DNA from: an uncultured delta proteobacterium
GTDB lineage: Bacteria > Desulfobacterota > Binatia > UBA9968
Assembly (NCBI GenBank): GCA_963745035.1
Contig: CAVUVW010000013.1
Span: 256,001-320,000 of the forward strand
Length of the DNA stretch: 64,000 nucleotides
Direction: 5' to 3'
Of this stretch, positions 1-10,230 are shown in pieces. The position numbers and the translations under genes were made by a program. The notes beneath the pieces are model-generated. The model was not told the DNA's origin. It made no database searches and worked only from the letters and a program-made list of their open reading frames with translations. Positions within the stretch are counted from its first letter, which is position 1. Each line of letters starts with the position of its first letter.

Positions 1-161
1 GCTTGGCCCCGGTAGTCGCCGAACTCGATATCCTGCGCATGCAGCTCGCCCAGCTTGGTCTCGAAATTGTAGCCGGCGAGTAGTTCCGGGTCGTAGCCGA
101 TGTCTTTTTGCCACTGTTTGAAATATTCGATCCAGTCTTCAAAAGTCGCGATTTTGGTCAT
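1..161 (-). CDS. 5' part (runs off window) of a BoxB/PaaI-like aromatic-CoA epoxidase/oxygenase subunit
   Basis: Manual translation MTKIATFEDWIEYFKQWQKDIGYDPELLAGYNFETKLGELHAQDIEFGDYRGQ; SD AGGAGAG upstream; resembles N-termini of short BoxB/PaaI-annotated proteins (from memory). Confidence 0.6.
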   Translation of the reverse strand, partial: MTKIATFEDWIEYFKQWQKDIGYDPELLAGYNFETKLGELHAQDIEFGDYRGQ

Positions 162-181
162 GGCGATCCTCTCCTGCATCA

Positions 182-199
182 TTCGAACGATCGTTCGAA
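182..199. promoter_or_regulatory. Perfect 18-bp palindrome, probable TetR-family (PaaR-like) operator
   Basis: TTCGAACGATCGTTCGAA, 20 bp upstream of the ATG at 161. Confidence 0.6.
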
Positions 200-262
200 C
201 TTTAATGTAACCTGTGCCGCGGGGGAAATCAACCCCGGGTTCGAAAATTCAGAGGAAGATCA

Positions 263-2659
263 TCAATGATACATTTCCAGCAGTTCAATGATGCCGAGAT
301 CGCGCATCTGATTGAAAAGATAGCGCTTGATTTCGCCCATGGTGTCCATTTCGAGCACGATCTCGGCGGTCGCCTTGGCGGTTTGATAGCTGATGGAGCG
401 AATTGCCTTTTTGACCACCGGCACGTACAGGGAGCCCATGCTGAACTCTTCCAAGCCCATGCCCAAGAGCAGCAAGGCGCTCAGCGGGTCGCCGGCCATT
501 TCTCCGCACATGGCGATCCGTTTTCCTTCCCGTTTGCCGGCTTCGATGGTCGAGCTCAGAGCGGAGAGGACGGCGGGATGCAAAGGTTCGTAGAGGCTCG
601 CGACTTTGCGATTGCTGCGATCGACGGCCAAAATGTATTGGATCAGGTCGTTGGTGCCGATGCTCATAAAATCCACTTCGCGGAGAAAGCGCTCGGCAAG
701 CGCGACGGCCGCGGGGACTTCAACCATGATGCCGAGCTCCATTTGCCGATCGTAGGGCGTGCCCTCGCGCTCGAGCTCGTTCTTGGCTTCGGCGAGGATT
801 TCTTTCACTTTCAGGATTTCTTCCAGGCTCGAAATCATCGGGATCAGCATACGCACCCGGCCGAGGTCACCGGCGCGGAGAATGGCGCGCAGCTGGGTTT
901 TGAAAATCTCCTCCACTTCGAGCGATATGCGGATCGAGCGCCAGCCCAGAAACGGGTTCGGCTCGCTCGCCACGCTGCGCATGTACGAGGGATACTTGTC
1001 GGCGCCGATATCCAACGTGCGAATGGTGACCGGTTTGCCGGCCATGCCTTCGACCACTCGGCTGTAAAGCGAAAATTGATCCTCTTCGCTGGGAAAATCG
1101 CGATGCGATAAAAACGGGATTTCGGTTCGGTAAAGCCCGACGCCCTGGGCGCCGTGCAACTGGGCGAACGCGACATCGCTCAACAAGCCGATATTGGCGT
1201 AGAGCGACACACGATGGCCGTCGGTCGTTTCAGCCGGCAGGTTTTTCAGCCCCCCCAGCTCGCGATTCAGCTCGGCGTAGTCGCGCCCCAGACGGTCGTA
1301 TTCGCGAATCACCTCCGGATTGGGATTGACGTGGATGCTGCCGGCGTTGCCGTCGATGATCAGCATGTCGCCCTGATGAACCGATTCCATGAGATCTTCA
1401 ATCGCGACCACGCTGGGAATCTCGAAAGACTTGGCCAGGATCGAAGCGTGCGAAGTCACGCCGCCGGTGGCGAGCGCAATGCCGCGGAACTTGTCGCCCT
1501 CGAGCATGCTCAAATCGGCGGGGGAAAGATCCTCGGCCACCAGGATGGCGTCGTCCGGAATAGCGTACTGCTGGCCCGGCATGCCGGTGAGGTTTTCGAG
1601 GAGCCGCTGGGCGGCGTCTTTTACGTCGGTGGTGCGCTCGCGCAGATAGTCGTCGTCGATATTGGCGATGGATTTCAGATACTGCTCGAAGACGACCTTG
1701 ACGGCATATTCGGCGACGCTCCCTTCTTCGACAATGCGCGCTTCGATCTGCTGGATGATGGCGGGATCTTCGAGAATCAATCGATACACGTCGAAGATCG
1801 CGCTTTCCTCCTTGGAGATCAGGTGGTGCATGCGATTTTTAACGACGTTGATCTGCTCGATGCCGCGCTCCACCGCGCCGCGAAAACGCTCGCGCTCGCG
1901 CTCCGGATTGCGCGCTTTTTTCTTTTGGATCGCGCTCAAATCCATGCGCGGCTCGAGCACGAAAGCTTTGCCCCGGCCAAAGCCCGGCGAAGCCGCCAGG
2001 CCGCCCAGGCGGCCGCGAAAGTGCTGCCGGGATTTCGCCGCCTTGTCGCGGCGCACGCCTTCGTAGGAGCGCAGCTTGCGCATCGCCTCGTTCATGCGCT
2101 TTTGAAAACTCTTGCGCTCCTGTTCCTTAGTTTTGAGCGAGTCGACGAGACGGGCCTGGACGATGATGCTCGTGGCCTGCGCCGAGATGGTCGTGAGCAG
2201 CCGTATCTCATCCCGCGCGAATTCGCGGCGGCGGGAAGTTTGGACGACCAAGACTCCGAGAGGCAGTTTGCGCTCGATCAGCGGCACTCCCAAAAAAGAA
2301 TGAAAGTGTTCCTCATGGGTTTCCGGAAAGTATTTGTAGCGCGGATGGGCCAGCGTATCGGCGACCATCACCGGCTTCATCCGCTCGATCACCAAGCCGG
2401 TCAAGCCCTCGCCGGTGCCCATCGACACTTTATCGACCGATTCCGGGTCCAGGCCCCGGGTGGCACGCAAGGTGAGGCGCTTTTTGTCGCGATCCAGAAT
2501 GTAGATCGAACAGACTTCGGTCTGCATGCGGTCGGCCACAGTGGCGACGATGCTGTCGAGGGTTTCCTGCAAGTCGTGAGAATGGCTGATGAGAGTGCTG
2601 ATATCCTCGAGGATATCGAGGTGAGGGCGGATCTTGCGAGTTTTTTTCGTCGCTGCCAT
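263..2659 (-). CDS. ptsP: PEP-protein phosphotransferase with N-terminal GAF domain (EI-Ntr)
   Basis: GAF domain, TSHASI phospho-His motif, GLYRTE, EPNPFLGWRSIR, SIGTNDLIQY, MCGEMAG; start placed at MAATKK. Confidence 0.93.
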   Translation of the reverse strand: MAATKKTRKIRPHLDILEDISTLISHSHDLQETLDSIVATVADRMQTEVCSIYILDRDKKRLTLRATRGLDPESVDKVSMGTGEGLTGLVIERMKPVMVADTLAHPRYKYFPETHEEHFHSFLGVPLIERKLPLGVLVVQTSRRREFARDEIRLLTTISAQATSIIVQARLVDSLKTKEQERKSFQKRMNEAMRKLRSYEGVRRDKAAKSRQHFRGRLGGLAASPGFGRGKAFVLEPRMDLSAIQKKKARNPERERERFRGAVERGIEQINVVKNRMHHLISKEESAIFDVYRLILEDPAIIQQIEARIVEEGSVAEYAVKVVFEQYLKSIANIDDDYLRERTTDVKDAAQRLLENLTGMPGQQYAIPDDAILVAEDLSPADLSMLEGDKFRGIALATGGVTSHASILAKSFEIPSVVAIEDLMESVHQGDMLIIDGNAGSIHVNPNPEVIREYDRLGRDYAELNRELGGLKNLPAETTDGHRVSLYANIGLLSDVAFAQLHGAQGVGLYRTEIPFLSHRDFPSEEDQFSLYSRVVEGMAGKPVTIRTLDIGADKYPSYMRSVASEPNPFLGWRSIRISLEVEEIFKTQLRAILRAGDLGRVRMLIPMISSLEEILKVKEILAEAKNELEREGTPYDRQMELGIMVEVPAAVALAERFLREVDFMSIGTNDLIQYILAVDRSNRKVASLYEPLHPAVLSALSSTIEAGKREGKRIAMCGEMAGDPLSALLLLGMGLEEFSMGSLYVPVVKKAIRSISYQTAKATAEIVLEMDTMGEIKRYLFNQMRDLGIIELLEMYH

Positions 2660-2846
2660 GAGGTAGAAGAACCAAATATTCTTTAGAACACAATTTGTGA
2701 AATTCCGCCAGCGACGTTGAATGAACTGAGCGATATCCGGGCGATGGCGGAGCGTTGCCGCGGCGCGTCGAACGCCATTTATGGCGGGAACCGGCATGAC
2801 CGGGCGCCAAACCACGAAGCGCTTGGCCTGCAATCGCCCGCGGTTG

Positions 2847-2855
2847 TGTTATAGT
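2847..2855 (+). promoter_or_regulatory. Extended -10 promoter, leaderless transcript of the VOC gene
   Basis: TGtTATAGT followed 6 nt later by ATG 2862; no SD. Confidence 0.5.
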
Positions 2856-2861
2856 CTCGAC

Positions 2862-3272
2862 ATGGGTCGGATCGCCGGACTTAAGGGCATGCGCCACGTC
2901 GCGCTCAAAGTGCGCGATGTCGCGCGCGCAAAAAATTTCTATCAGGAAATTCTCGGCATGGACGTGGTTTGGGAGCCTGACGCGCAGAATGTCTACCTTT
3001 CCTCGGGCTGCGACAACGTCGCGCTCCACCAAGCGCCGGAAGCGTTGCTTCAAGCCGCCAAGGAGAGGCAGCTTGACCATCTGGGGTTTTTGGTCGAAAG
3101 CGTCGAACGGGTAAAGGAGCTCGAGTCCGAGTTTCGCTCTCGAAACGTGACGATCGTGCATCCGTTCAAAGTCCACCGCGATGGCAGCGCGTCGTTCTAT
3201 TGCGCCGACCCCGACGGCGTCGTCATTCAGATGCTCTACGAGCCGGCGCTGAGCCCGCAGGAGATCCGCTGA
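2862..3272 (+). CDS. VOC/glyoxalase family protein
   Basis: HVALKVRD...FYQEILG, DHLGF, FYCADPDG motifs. Confidence 0.88.
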   Translation: MGRIAGLKGMRHVALKVRDVARAKNFYQEILGMDVVWEPDAQNVYLSSGCDNVALHQAPEALLQAAKERQLDHLGFLVESVERVKELESEFRSRNVTIVHPFKVHRDGSASFYCADPDGVVIQMLYEPALSPQEIR

Positions 3273-3508
3273 GGCTGCGCGATCGGAGGCGCACAGAATG
3301 AGATCGGCCCGGCCATGGAGAGATCGCGAGACTTGCCTTTTACCCGTGACGGCTCGATTCATGAGCCCGCAGGGCCGGGCTGGGGTATTCGCGTGCAAGT
3401 TTGACTTCGTTCACGCGTCCAAACCTTGACGGTCATCCCGAACTTCAAATAAAGTTCAAGTGGTGACAATTGAGCGCCGCAGGCAATCATCTTCGGAAGG
3501 AGCGCACT

Positions 3509-5197
3509 ATGTACGATCTCGTGTTGAAGGGTGGCAGAATTTATGACGGTTCGGGCATGCCGAGCTACAATGCCGATATCGCGATCCACGCCGGCCGGAT
3601 CGCCGAAATCGGCCGCCTCAACGGCAACGCGCGGCGCACGCTCAAGGTCGATGGCTTGGCGGTCGCGCCCGGCTTTATCGATCCGCACACCCACCTTGAC
3701 GCGCAATTGCTCTGGGACCCGCTCGGCACCTCGTCTTGTTTCCACGGCGTTACTTCGGTGGTCGTCGGCAACTGCGGCTTAAGCCTGGCTCCAGCCAAGC
3801 CGGAAGACCGCGACGCCGTCATCAAGAGCTTTGTGCGGGTGGAAGCAATCAGCCGCCGGGTGCTCGAAGAAGGCGTCGAATGGAAATGGACTTCCACCGG
3901 GGAATATCTCGGCGCGCTCGGCGTCCGGCTGGGAATCAACGCCGCCGCACTGGTCGGCCATATCGCGGTGCGCCACTACGTCATGGGCGAAGAAGCGGTG
4001 GAGCGCCAAGCGACCGCGGAAGAAGTCGCTCAAATGAAACAGCTCGTCCGCCGGGGCATGGAAGCTGGCGCGGTCGGGTTTTCCACCAATCAGAACCCGC
4101 GCCATATACGTGAGGACAGAAAGCCGGTGGCGAGCCGACTCGCTTCGGACGACGAGCTGGGGACCCTGCTCGATGTTTTGGGCGAAATGAATTCTGGCGT
4201 CGTGCAACTCAGCGGCGGCGGCGCCGACGCGCGCGGGCGCATCGCCTACGCCGCAGGCATGGCGCGCCGCACCGGGCGGCCGGTGCTCTGGCAGAGCATC
4301 AATCACAGTTGGAGCCGGCCCAATTTCTGGCAGGAAATGCTCGTCAACACGCAGCGCGTGTTCGCCGAAGAAGGGCTGCCGATCTATGCCATGACTCAGG
4401 CCAAGCCGTTTGAAAACCGCTATACCTTGCTCGACGCGCAGTGCTTCGATGAATTTCCCACCTGGAAGGCGGCGATGTTCAGCCCGGTGCCGGCGCGCAA
4501 GCAGATGTTCGCCGACCCGGAGCTCAGAAAAAAACTGCGCGCCGAAGCGATCGAGGACCAATCGCCGTCGGTGTTCCCACGCCGTTGGGACGTGATTTTC
4601 GTCGATCAGGTGAATCTCGACAAAAACAAATCGCTGGAAAGAAAATCGGTGCAGGAAGCCGCCCAGGCGCGGGGTAAAGACGGCTTGGACTTTTTTCTCG
4701 ATTTGTCCCTCGAAGAAGATCTCAAGGCGCGCTTCGTGCACATCAATACCCAAGGCGATCCCGAAGCCGTATGCGCGATCCTCAAGCATCCGTCGGTGAT
4801 GATCGGCCAGTCCGATGCCGGAGCGCACATGGGCTATGACGCCCGCTTCGGCTACAGCACGGCATTCCTCGGCCGTTGGGTACGCGATCACGGCATCATG
4901 AGCCTGGAAGACGCCGTGCACAAGCTGACCTTTCGGGTCGCATCGATCTTCGGATTGGGCGACCGCGGCCTGCTGCGGCCGGGCTTGGCCGCCGATGTGG
5001 CGGTGTTCGATCCCGCGACGGTGAATACGCTCGAACCCGAGTACGTGCAGGATCTTCCCGGCAACGAGACGCGCATGATCCAGAAAGCCGCCGGCGTGCC
5101 GCACACTATCGTCAACGGCGAAGTCGTGATCGAGAACGGCGCGCCGACCGGCGCGCTGCCCGGCAAGGTACTGAGGCCGAGCGCGTGGAGCGTGTAG
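3509..5197 (+). CDS. N-acyl-D-amino-acid deacylase-like amidohydrolase
   Basis: APGFIDPHTHLD, GNCG, SDAGAH, RGLLRPG..AD; SD AAGGAG. Confidence 0.88.
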   Translation: MYDLVLKGGRIYDGSGMPSYNADIAIHAGRIAEIGRLNGNARRTLKVDGLAVAPGFIDPHTHLDAQLLWDPLGTSSCFHGVTSVVVGNCGLSLAPAKPEDRDAVIKSFVRVEAISRRVLEEGVEWKWTSTGEYLGALGVRLGINAAALVGHIAVRHYVMGEEAVERQATAEEVAQMKQLVRRGMEAGAVGFSTNQNPRHIREDRKPVASRLASDDELGTLLDVLGEMNSGVVQLSGGGADARGRIAYAAGMARRTGRPVLWQSINHSWSRPNFWQEMLVNTQRVFAEEGLPIYAMTQAKPFENRYTLLDAQCFDEFPTWKAAMFSPVPARKQMFADPELRKKLRAEAIEDQSPSVFPRRWDVIFVDQVNLDKNKSLERKSVQEAAQARGKDGLDFFLDLSLEEDLKARFVHINTQGDPEAVCAILKHPSVMIGQSDAGAHMGYDARFGYSTAFLGRWVRDHGIMSLEDAVHKLTFRVASIFGLGDRGLLRPGLAADVAVFDPATVNTLEPEYVQDLPGNETRMIQKAAGVPHTIVNGEVVIENGAPTGALPGKVLRPSAWSV

Positions 5198-5246
5198 CGG
5201 ATTGGCGTGACGGAGTGGTAGCGCGGCGGCGCGCCCGCCAACGCTG

Positions 5247-6299
5247 ATGACGGCGAGCATGCACAAACTTTGTGGTGCGGTCTATTTTGCCGCGTTAGCT
5301 TCCCTTTTCGACGCAGCATCGGTCTCCGCCCAGGCGAATTTCTATCAGGGTAAAACAATCACCGTTGTCGTCGGTTCGGCGCCGGGCGGGCTCTACGACT
5401 TGTGGGGCAGGCTGTTGGCCCGGACCATGGGAAAATATATTCCGGGCAATCCCAACATGCTCGTGCAGAACATGCCGGGCGCGGGATCGATCGTCGCGGC
5501 GAATTATCTTTACGGCGTTGCCAAGCCCGACGGTCTGACCATCGGCATGTTTCAGACGCATCTCTATCTCATGCAGATGGTCGGCCAATCCGAGGTCAAG
5601 TTCGACGTGCGCCGGCTCAATTGGCTCGGGTCGCAGGAAAAGGGCCAGATGATGCTCTACATCCGCGCCGACTCCCCCCACAAATCGATCGACGATATCG
5701 TCAAAGCCAAGGAGCCGCCCAAATGCGGCGGCTCGGGAACGGCCGACCAGACGGCGCTGTTCACCAGGCTCCTGGAAGAAACGGTCGGAGCGAAATTCAC
5801 CCGCGTGCTCGGCTACAAAGGCGGCAGCGAAGTCGATCTGGCGATGGAGCGCGGCGAAGTCGTCTGCCGCGCGACCCGGATCACCGTGCACTTCAGCCGG
5901 GAGCCCTTCTTGAGCTGGGACAAGAAAGGCTTCGACCGCCATCTCGTGCAGGCCGGCAGCAAGCGCGACGCGCGCTTGCCGGAGGTCCCGACTCTCTTCG
6001 AGCTCATGGATAAATACAAAACATCCGAAGTCGGGCGGCGCCTGGCGCGGGTTGTCTTGGCCGGCGACGAGCTCGGCCGGCCGATGGTGGCGCCGCCGGG
6101 CGTGGGCGCCGACCGGGTGAAACTCTTGCGGGATGCGTACGCCAAATCGTTGAAGGACGCCGACCTGATCGCCGAGGTGCAGAAGTCGCGCTTGGACATG
6201 GAGCCGTCTAGCGGCGAGGAAATTCAAGCGCTCTACAAAGAACTCATGGATCAGCCGCGCGAAGTCATCGAGCGGGTAAAAAGACTCGAAGAGAATTGA
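5247..6299 (+). CDS. Tripartite tricarboxylate transporter substrate-binding protein (TctC/Bug family)
   Basis: Signal peptide, FYQGKTI..VG..PGG.YD, NMPGAG, KPDGLT. Confidence 0.88.
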   Translation: MTASMHKLCGAVYFAALASLFDAASVSAQANFYQGKTITVVVGSAPGGLYDLWGRLLARTMGKYIPGNPNMLVQNMPGAGSIVAANYLYGVAKPDGLTIGMFQTHLYLMQMVGQSEVKFDVRRLNWLGSQEKGQMMLYIRADSPHKSIDDIVKAKEPPKCGGSGTADQTALFTRLLEETVGAKFTRVLGYKGGSEVDLAMERGEVVCRATRITVHFSREPFLSWDKKGFDRHLVQAGSKRDARLPEVPTLFELMDKYKTSEVGRRLARVVLAGDELGRPMVAPPGVGADRVKLLRDAYAKSLKDADLIAEVQKSRLDMEPSSGEEIQALYKELMDQPREVIERVKRLEEN

Positions 6300-6398
6300 T
6301 CCTGATTCGCCGCGGCGCGCGGATTTTCCGCAGCCGAGCTGCCGCGATCCTTCCGAAGCGGGCGTGACGCCGCCCGCTCAAAATAAAAATCCCCAATA

Positions 6399-6427
6399 TT
6401 GCGAAGCCGCGGCGCGACCATTACGCT
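6399..6427 (+). promoter_or_regulatory. Sigma70-type promoter, probably leaderless
   Basis: TTGCGA-17 bp-TACGCT, GTG start 7 nt downstream. Confidence 0.45.
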
Positions 6428-6434
6428 CTAAGCT

Positions 6435-7142
6435 GTGGCGCGCGAGACGAATACGGCGGATCGGATCAACGGCCGAACGAAGATCATCGCTTTGGTATTG
6501 CTGGCGCTTGCGCTGCCCCTGCTCTGGCGCTTAACGCCGCTCCGCGATTGGGTGAATCTGGGGACGATTTTCGAATGGCAAAAATCCCTGCGCGACCATC
6601 CCGCGGCGCCGCTCTTCGTGATCGTGATCTACCTTGTCGGCAGCCTGGTTTTCTTTCCCATTACGATTCTCACGCTGGCGACGGTATTCGCCTTCGGCCC
6701 GCTTTGGGGAAATCTTTACGCCTTGAGCGGTTGGCTCCTGGCTTCGGCGCAAGGTTACTTTCTCGGCCGGCTGATCGGCCACGACTCGCTGCACCGGGTC
6801 ACCGGCAAGAGGTTTTCGGCCATCGTCGAGCGCGCCGAGCAGCATGGATTTTTGACTGTGCTTGGACTGCGGGTGGTGCCGGTGGGTCCCTTCAGTCTCG
6901 TGAACATGTTCGTCGGCGCGTCGGACATCCGCTTCCGCGACTTTTTTTGCGCAAGCCTGGTCGGGCGCATTCCGGGAATCGTGACGATGACGTTGTTCGG
7001 CGTGCAGCTTGAAAATGCGCTGCGCGAGCCGGCGTTGCTGAGCGTTGGCTTGCTGGTGATTATTCTGGTCGTGTTGCCCTGGTTGCTTGTCCGGCCCCTC
7101 CGGCGATTCCTACGATCGCGACGTTCTCGGCCGCTTGTTTAG
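6435..7142 (+). CDS. TVP38/TMEM64 (VTT/DedA) membrane protein
   Basis: Hydrophobic; FGP..G, LRVVPVGPFSLVN motif. Confidence 0.88.
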   Translation: MARETNTADRINGRTKIIALVLLALALPLLWRLTPLRDWVNLGTIFEWQKSLRDHPAAPLFVIVIYLVGSLVFFPITILTLATVFAFGPLWGNLYALSGWLLASAQGYFLGRLIGHDSLHRVTGKRFSAIVERAEQHGFLTVLGLRVVPVGPFSLVNMFVGASDIRFRDFFCASLVGRIPGIVTMTLFGVQLENALREPALLSVGLLVIILVVLPWLLVRPLRRFLRSRRSRPLV

Positions 7143-7146
7143 CCGA

Positions 7147-8427
7147 TCATAGTTGCTCTTCCACCGGAAACGTGAACAGCTCGAAGAATTTTTCCTTGAG
7201 CCCTCGATCCTGCCATTCCTTGTAGGTAATTTTGCGCGACAGTTTGACGTCTTGCCAAAAAGCTCGTTCGAGCTCGCCAGCCAACCCGCGATCGTAAAGC
7301 GTCATGTTGAGCTCCTCGTTCAAAGCAAAGGAGCGGTTGTCGAAGTTGGTGCTGCCGACGGTCGCCCATACACCGTCCACGACCATGGTTTTTGAGTGCA
7401 GAAGAGCGGGCATGTATTCATAAATCGTGATGCCGCCGAGAAGCATCTCGCCGTAATATCGCCGGCTTGCCCGGTAAGTGATCTTGTGATCGATTTTGCC
7501 GGGCACGAGGATGGTCACGACCACGCCGCGCTCCACGGCCTGCAGGAGCGCTTTGATCATGCGCTCATCCGGAATGAAGTACGGATTGGTGATCAAAATG
7601 GATCTTTGCGCCGAGTTGATCGACAGCAGATAAAGCAGATAGTTTTGAAAACTCCCACCCACCGGCGAGCTCTTGACGACTTGCGCCGGCATCTTCCCGC
7701 GTGCTTCCAGGCGGGGAAAAAACCCGTCGCCGCCGATGAGATCCCCGCTCGCTTCCAGCCAGCTTTCGGCGAAAGCGCTTTGTAAATACTTTACCGCCGG
7801 CCCCTCGATGCGCAGGTTGGTGTCGCGCCAGTGCTTCTCGGTGCGCCCATCGCCCAGCCAGTCGTCGGAGATGCCGTAGCCGCCGGTGAAGCCGATGCGT
7901 CCATCGATCACAAGGATGCGTCGATGATTTCGATAATTGTATTGCAGCAGCTTCCACGGAAGAACTACCTGCGGGGCGCGGACGCGGCGGAAAAACTCCA
8001 GCTTGCAGCCGGCATCCGTAACCACCGAAGTCAGCTCCTCCGGCACCTCGCTGCTGCCGTGGCTGTCGAGCAGCAGCAAAACTTTCACTCCGGCACGGCA
8101 GCGCTCGGCAAAGCTTTCCAACAGCTTGTTGGCGAGGGAACCGCTTTTGAAGAGATATTGGGCGAACGTGATCGTCGACTTGGCATTTTTGATGTCGCGC
8201 AGCATCGCAGGAAAAAGCTCGTCGCCATTTTGCAGAATTTCGACCTTGTTGCCGCCAGCGATGGGCGCATCGGTAAGCGCTTCGATGGTCGGAAAGAACG
8301 ATGGCTCGCCGAGCTCAATCTTGGGCACTTCGTCGATGGCACGCACTTTGGCGCAGCTCAGCAGCAGGAGCAGGAAAAGCCAGGCCCAGGATTTTAACGG
8401 CATCGAAAAACTCGAAGGGGTTTTCAT
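7147..8427 (-). CDS. cls: Cardiolipin synthase / phospholipase D family
   Basis: Two HKD-type motifs (NHRRILVID variant, LHSKTMVVD), GSTNFDNRSFALNEE. Confidence 0.85.
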   Translation of the reverse strand: MKTPSSFSMPLKSWAWLFLLLLLSCAKVRAIDEVPKIELGEPSFFPTIEALTDAPIAGGNKVEILQNGDELFPAMLRDIKNAKSTITFAQYLFKSGSLANKLLESFAERCRAGVKVLLLLDSHGSSEVPEELTSVVTDAGCKLEFFRRVRAPQVVLPWKLLQYNYRNHRRILVIDGRIGFTGGYGISDDWLGDGRTEKHWRDTNLRIEGPAVKYLQSAFAESWLEASGDLIGGDGFFPRLEARGKMPAQVVKSSPVGGSFQNYLLYLLSINSAQRSILITNPYFIPDERMIKALLQAVERGVVVTILVPGKIDHKITYRASRRYYGEMLLGGITIYEYMPALLHSKTMVVDGVWATVGSTNFDNRSFALNEELNMTLYDRGLAGELERAFWQDVKLSRKITYKEWQDRGLKEKFFELFTFPVEEQL

Positions 8428-8441
8428 CTGGTGCAGCAGAA

Positions 8442-9138
8442 TCAGGCTTTTGCCTGCTGGAAACGGCGCTTCAACCAGACGCCACCGATGATGCTGATGA
8501 CGATCAGCGCGAGCAACAGCAGGAAAGTACCGATGCCGGGGTTGCGGATGGCGCTCTCGAATTGGTGCGCGAAGAGATTGGTGATCAAAATTCCCGGGGC
8601 GAGTCCAAGGATCGATCCGATGAAGTAATCGCGCGACCGGCACTTTAAAGGCCCCGGAAACGATGTTGACCACCGTAAACGGCGCCACCGGGAGCAATCG
8701 GGCGGTGGCCACCGCGATGATGCCGGTCTGGCTTATCTTTTCTTCCAGCGAGGACCACTTGGGCCCGGCGATCTTCTGGACGAAATCCTTCCCCAGCAGA
8801 TAGCCGATGGCGTAGGTGACGATCGCCCCCGCCAAGCTGCCGATCAGCGCATACACCGATCCGAGCATGGGGCCGAATACGATCGCGGTAACCAGAATGA
8901 GCAAGGTAATCGGCACCATCAGAATGCTGCCAATAACGTAGGCGGCGAGCAGGTAAAAGTGACGAGCCGGGCTCTCGCGCCAAGCGTTCGCCCAGCGGGC
9001 GAGATAGCCGACATCGATGAGGTCGGCCAGCGGGGTCCATTTCCAAGCGGCAGCGCCGGCAAAAAGCAGCAGCAAGACAGCGCCAGCGATCCAAAGCCGC
9101 CGCTTCTGCGCGCTTCCCCGGCGCCGTTGATTAGCCAT
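8442..9138 (-). CDS. Second TVP38/VTT (DedA) protein, 1-bp frameshift near 8633
   Basis: ARLLPVAPFTVVN motif; shifted frame continues RDYFIGSILGLAPGILITNLF...KRRFQQAKA* ending 8442. Confidence 0.82.
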
Positions 9139-9244
9139 GGATGTTGCCGCCTCGCATTCGAATTATTATGGCGCGAGAACCGACTCGTTTCAGTATGGCC
9201 GGAAAAAAAGGCGAGTGCGCGATGAGAAAATTTTCGAATGCCGA

Positions 9245-10223
9245 TCAGCGCTTGGCTTTCTCGGCGAAGGTCCAGTCGTAGACGACTTGGGGTTTGACTG
9301 TGATCTTTTCCTTTGCTCTGAAGGTTCCGACAGCGATCCATTCCTCCACCACCGCGTCGGGGGCCGTCAAGTCCGGATTGTATTGATCGCGGTAGATGCC
9401 GTAAAACTTTTCCGCGGCGGCGCGATCGAGTTTGAGCAGTTTTTCGAGCAGGCCGACAGCCGGCCTCCCGCTGGCTCTGGAGAAACAAGATGGCGGCGCG
9501 CTGGCCGCGCAACATGCGCGTGATCTCATCCGGCTCTCTATCAATTTTCCGCTGGGTGGTGCTCAATCCGACGATCGGAATGCGCACGAACTCCGCGGTT
9601 TCCCGCACTGACAATAGGGTACGGAATCCCTTCTGCTCGGCGCGATGCTCGAACGGACTGTTCACCACGGTGGCGTCGACGGAGCCCGCGACCAGCGCGG
9701 CAAAGCGGGCGTCGGGGCTGCCCGCGACCGCTTGTAAGGTGACGTCCTTGTTGGGATCGAGGCCATTACGGCTGAGTAACTGATAGATCGCAAAATCAGC
9801 CGAGCTGCCGAAGGTGTTGATGGCAATTCGTTTTCCCTTAAGCGCCTTAACGTTATCGATGTCGGGCCGGGAAATTATCGCGTAGCCGCTCGATTTTGTC
9901 GTCGTGCCGACGATTTTGACCGGCAGACCGCGGGTGGCGGCGCCGGCGATAAACGGCAGGATCGTGACGTAGTCGAGCTCGTTGGCCATGAGCGCGCTCA
10001 ACATCAAATTGGTCCCCTGAAACTGCACGTAGCGAGGGCGCAGGCCCTCTTTTTCGAAGAAGCCTCGTTCCACAGCGATGCGATCGGGAAGCGCGGTCCA
10101 GGCGGAGCCGCCGGTCCAGCCGATATTGAGCACTTTTGGCTCGGCGCCGAAGGACTCGGAAGATTTAGCCTGGAACAAACCCAGAACGACAAAAACGGCG
10201 GCGAGATGCGAGCGGAGTTTCAC
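9245..10223 (-). CDS. ABC substrate-binding protein, NMT1/SsuA-like (frameshift near 9462)
   Basis: IAVERGFFEKEGL, LKGKRIAI..FGS; C-terminus in ORF 9245..9544. Confidence 0.82.
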
Positions 10224-10230
10224 GTGGCGA

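Noticed and set aside
7147-9138. Apparent 663-aa DedA-cardiolipin synthase fusion
   Set aside because: A 1-bp insertion near 8633 explains it; the corrected DedA frame has a normal C-terminus and stops at 8442, before the cls ATG
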